Part shown: positions 18,527 to 21,453 of the stretch, piece after piece
Position numbering within the stretch: the stretch's first letter is position 1
Layout: every line of letters starts with the position of its first letter
Origin: an uncultured virus (IMG/VR IMGVR_UViG_3300047400_000175)
Lineage: Duplodnaviria; Heunggongvirae; Uroviricota; Caudoviricetes
Strand: one strand, 5' to 3'
Virus record (IMG/VR): IMGVR_UViG_3300047400_000175
Length of the DNA stretch: 21,453 nt
Position numbers and translations under genes: made by a program
Notes under the pieces: generated by a model
The model's input: only the letters and a program-made list of their open reading frames with translations
What the model was told of the DNA's origin: nothing
Database searches by the model: none

Positions 18527-19163
18527 ATTTCCAACTAAATCCTTTATATTTCTTTCTTTTTCCATTTAATACCATTGAAATACCAGCAGAAGTACCTTTA
18601 ATATCTTTAGCAGCTTCTAATAAAGAATTATAAGTCTTACCATTTTCACAAATAATAGACTTAGTATACTTTTTAACTTTATTAGTCTTCTTAGTATATT
18701 TATTTTTAATACTTCTAACAAAACCATGAACCTTAATTTCATTAATATTATGGTTTAAGGCTATTTCCCTTTGATTATAACCTTCCAAACGCTTGTCTAA
18801 CACTAGACACTCATCAGGGGTTAAAATACTTTTAAATAGCTCTATTTCATCATTAATGTTGTATTCATAAGCTTTATTAGGTATTTCAAATACTTCTTCT
18901 GGCATTGAAGCCTTATTAAGAAAATATAAATTCCTTTTAATTCTTAGACAAAACCATTTATAATTTAGAAATAAAAAGTGCTTATAATGTTCTTCATTAG
19001 CAAAACATCTCTCTGATTGTTTCCACAATTCAATGAAAAAATCTTGCATTAAGTCATCAACAGCACTTTTTACATCTTTCAAATGATATTTCTTTAATTT
19101 ATAATAAAATAATTTCCTTAAATCAGGAATATATTTCTCAAAATCTTCAATTTTAGCTATCAT
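18516..19163 (-). CDS. Sigma-70/ECF-like protein fused to a C-terminal NUMOD1-like DNA-binding domain
   Basis: Region-2-like AVDDLMQDFFIELWK; region-4-like HTH LTPDECLVL...EGYNQREIA...V; C-terminal IICENGKTYNSLLEAAKDI...ISMVLNGKRKKYKGFSWKY. Confidence 0.7.
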   Translation of the reverse strand: MIAKIEDFEKYIPDLRKLFYYKLKKYHLKDVKSAVDDLMQDFFIELWKQSERCFANEEHYKHFLFLNYKWFCLRIKRNLYFLNKASMPEEVFEIPNKAYEYNINDEIELFKSILTPDECLVLDKRLEGYNQREIALNHNINEIKVHGFVRSIKNKYTKKTNKVKKYTKSIICENGKTYNSLLEAAKDIKGTSAGISMVLNGKRKKYKGFSWKYDV

Positions 19164-19348
19164 TTTTCTTTCTCATCAGGACATATGTCCTTAATTTTTA
19201 TAATTATTTCGTCATCAGTAAATTCTTTTGCTAATGACAAATCTTCTCCTAATAATTCTTTTAGAGCTTTACAAAAAGTATAACCCTTTTTATGCCAAAT
19301 ATAATCTAATTTTCTAAGTGTAGTAAATACTTTATCTTGCTTTGTCAT
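19160..19348 (-). CDS. Hypothetical protein (62 aa)
   Basis: Fills the gap between neighbours with short overlaps at both ends. Confidence 0.65.
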   Translation of the reverse strand: MTKQDKVFTTLRKLDYIWHKKGYTFCKALKELLGEDLSLAKEFTDDEIIIKIKDICPDEKEK

Positions 19349-19889
19349 ATAATTCCTCTAAAGTTTTAAATCTTTCATTTTCCATATCAGGAATACTAAT
19401 AACTTCTCCGCCTGGTAAATCAGTTATTTTTATTCCTAACTCTTCTGCCCTATATTCTTTAGAGCTTTTATCAGGGAATACGGCATCAGCCATAGTTAAA
19501 TACTTACCATTCCCCATCATTCTAGTATGTGTTTCAACAATTAAACTTTTTAAATCATTTGAAAGTTTACTCCATCTACCTATCTTAAATAAATTAATAT
19601 CAACTTCATATTTCTTTGGAATATTCATAAATAATATAATCTCATCGTCATTAATCTCTTCATGATCAAAATGTTTATTACATTCCAAATCTAATACAGT
19701 ATCTTTACATTTACTCCAATCTTTATCAAAACATATAGCTAATTGTTTATCATTTTTAGTTAAATATGCTCCAATAAGACATTGAGGAGTATTCTTTTTA
19801 CCTCCAATTCTGAAAATAGGAAGTAAGAATAATGTTGTATAATTTATTTTAATATTATTATTCTTTATATATTCTCTTCTATTTCCCAC
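19332..19889 (-). CDS. Hypothetical phage protein (185 aa)
   Basis: Long ORF in the operon direction overlapping both neighbours; N-terminal TTLFLLP. No function recognised. Confidence 0.8.
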   Translation of the reverse strand: MGNRREYIKNNNIKINYTTLFLLPIFRIGGKKNTPQCLIGAYLTKNDKQLAICFDKDWSKCKDTVLDLECNKHFDHEEINDDEIILFMNIPKKYEVDINLFKIGRWSKLSNDLKSLIVETHTRMMGNGKYLTMADAVFPDKSSKEYRAEELGIKITDLPGGEVISIPDMENERFKTLEELYDKAR

Positions 19890-20599
19890 AAATCTTTATG
19901 TTTATATGTTATAAACTCAGGAATAGGTATTCCAAATTCTTCTAAAATATATAAACATTTGTAATTCTTATAAAATTCCTCTATTCCTTTGTATTCTCCA
20001 TAAGCTTTAATATATTCATGAAATACAATACTTCTCATGTCACCATTAAGCATTGTTTCATTAAATAAATTTTTAGCATATGCTGGTCCTTTACCAGCTA
20101 TTCCTTTAATTCCATCACCACTTTGTCCAGTAATCATATTATTCCAAAAATAAGTACTTGCTTCTAATTCAGTGGTAGTATGAAACAGATTACTCTTATA
20201 ATTAAAATGTGTACCTTTGAGTTGAAGTATGTCTTTATCTGGACTGGCTATGATAGAATCTTGGATTTGTTTAGAAAGTACCCTAACAACATCATCTGCT
20301 TCTAATGTATCAACACTAAAAGCCCTATATTTCTTAATAATATAGGCTTTTATAGCATCAAAATGTTCAGGTTTTTCTAATTTCTTCCTGTGTATTTTAT
20401 ATTCAGGAAATATATTATATCTAAAGCATCTACTAAGAGTTAAAACAACTAAATACTCCGAACCTCTAGTTTTAGACATTATAGTGTCAATTATACTATC
20501 TACTTGTTTCTTAGCTTTCTTTAGAGTTTTATATTTTTCTCCTTTCTTTTGAGCTGCTGCAATATAAATTATACTATCAGCATCAATCAGTACCTTCAT
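19865..20599 (-). CDS. 5'-3' exonuclease (T7 gp6 / PolA N-terminal FEN-like)
   Basis: LIDADSIIY, FRYNIFPEYKIHRK, LEADD, SPDKDILQL and the helix-hairpin GQSGDGIKGIAGKGP. Confidence 0.92.
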   Translation of the reverse strand: MKVLIDADSIIYIAAAQKKGEKYKTLKKAKKQVDSIIDTIMSKTRGSEYLVVLTLSRCFRYNIFPEYKIHRKKLEKPEHFDAIKAYIIKKYRAFSVDTLEADDVVRVLSKQIQDSIIASPDKDILQLKGTHFNYKSNLFHTTTELEASTYFWNNMITGQSGDGIKGIAGKGPAYAKNLFNETMLNGDMRSIVFHEYIKAYGEYKGIEEFYKNYKCLYILEEFGIPIPEFITYKHKDLWEIEENI

Positions 20600-20825
20600 A
20601 TTCCATTGTATCAGGAAGTTTTATCTTACTCTGATTATTAAGTATTTTAACCATACCATAAACAACACTCTTAGCATTTGGTAAATATGTTGGTATATTA
20701 GCTATAATAAGTCCATTACAGCTAATTGAATATTCATAACTTTTAGTAACAGATACACTCTTACCATTTTTTAAATTATAAACCTCATTTTTTCGGTGTG
20801 TCACTACTCGATATTTTTTTATCAT
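20583..20825 (-). CDS. Hypothetical protein (80 aa)
   Basis: ORF bridging the HNH and exonuclease genes with overlaps at both ends. Confidence 0.6.
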   Translation of the reverse strand: MIKKYRVVTHRKNEVYNLKNGKSVSVTKSYEYSISCNGLIIANIPTYLPNAKSVVYGMVKILNNQSKIKLPDTMEYEGTD

Positions 20826-21222
20826 TAGGCTTCTTTTTATTTAATGCTTCTAAAGCACTTTTATTTGTATGACAAATATCACAAAGAACTTGCAATCCAT
20901 CTACTTCACAAAACAATTTTCTTGTAAATTCTGGTAGATCTTCAAAACATGTTAATGTACCAGCTGGTATGATATGATCTACAGATACTTGTTTATCTGA
21001 AAAATAATTACCACAGGAATTACATAAATATTCATACTTTTGTCTTGGATTAAGACCTTTATAAGCTCTCTTTGCTTTTTGTCTACATTCATTTATAGGA
21101 GGCCACCATCTACTTAATTCTCTGAGTTTATTTCTAATTAAACTAAAGAATTGAGCATTAGTGTACATACCTCCCCCAAATGGTCTTTCAATTCCCTCCC
21201 TTTGTTTTACTTTCTTCTTCAT
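20785..21222 (-). CDS. HNH endonuclease with CxxC zinc ligands
   Basis: CNSCG...VSVDHIIP...GLQVLCDICHTNKS. Confidence 0.88.
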   Translation of the reverse strand: MKKKVKQREGIERPFGGGMYTNAQFFSLIRNKLRELSRWWPPINECRQKAKRAYKGLNPRQKYEYLCNSCGNYFSDKQVSVDHIIPAGTLTCFEDLPEFTRKLFCEVDGLQVLCDICHTNKSALEALNKKKPNDKKISSSDTPKK

Positions 21223-21451
21223 TTATTCGTTTATTAAAATATTCAACATAACTAGGTAAAAGTTTTTTACCGTGGTCATTAAAATATTTTAATATATTTT
21301 TAATATGGTCAATATCTAAATCTTTGAGTAATATCCATTTTGTCTTTGGAAGTTTTAAATTATTTTCATCAAAATTCTGTCCCCAAAATGCAATATCTCC
21401 AAAGTCTAATTTATTATGTTCTATTAACCATTTATCTTCTTCTGTATAATA
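21188..21451 (-). CDS. Partial hypothetical phage protein (C-terminal 87 aa; not in the ORF track)
   Basis: Hand translation: YYTEEDKWLIEHNKLDFGDIAFWGQNFDENNLKLPKTKWILLKDLDIDHIKNILKYF...KTKGGN*. Open to the window edge; TGA at 21190-21188 overlaps the start of the HNH gene. Confidence 0.75.
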   Translation of the reverse strand, partial: YYTEEDKWLIEHNKLDFGDIAFWGQNFDENNLKLPKTKWILLKDLDIDHIKNILKYFNDHGKKLLPSYVEYFNKRINEEESKTKGGN

Positions 21452-21453
21452 CC

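Noticed and set aside
19342..19665. Plus-strand 107-aa ORF
   Set aside because: Antisense shadow of the 185-aa gene in a uniformly minus-strand operon.
20785..21222. HNH gene as a mobile homing element
   Set aside because: No interrupted host gene, intron structure or flanking repeats seen; it is integrated in the overlapping operon.
1..21453. CRISPR array, DGR repeats, tRNA or rRNA genes
   Set aside because: No regularly spaced or long repeats and no reverse transcriptase seen by eye; almost the whole window is protein coding.

Overview
AT-rich dsDNA phage segment that looks like a crAss-like (Crassvirales-type) genome using the standard genetic code; the host is probably Bacteroidota (inference). 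The + strand carries two giant virion-cargo genes. The first is a 5'-truncated polyprotein of more than 3,590 aa with an intact HExxH zincin domain and a single-chain virion RNA polymerase (RIP...GADFDVDK). It is coupled by a TAATG overlap to a 1,874-aa second cargo protein. Both end at a 14-bp bidirectional terminator. Converging on it is a tightly packed - strand operon: a partial hypothetical gene, HNH nuclease, 5'-3' exonuclease, sigma-like/NUMOD1 fusion, MazG-like and DUF5664-like pyrophosphohydrolases, a small membrane protein and a DEDD 3'-5' exonuclease with a Zn ribbon. The most notable observation is that the cargo proteins carry enzyme domains nested inside other domains. These are a Pol-beta-type nucleotidyltransferase inside a DUF4326-like domain at the RNAP C-terminus and a polynucleotide-kinase-like P-loop domain inside the second cargo protein, which also has an ASCH-like domain. 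Together they may form an injected RNA-repair or anti-defence kit (hypothesis). A GC-enriched structured RNA candidate with its own terminator lies at about 17244-17402. All domain calls come from motif recognition by eye; no searches were run.
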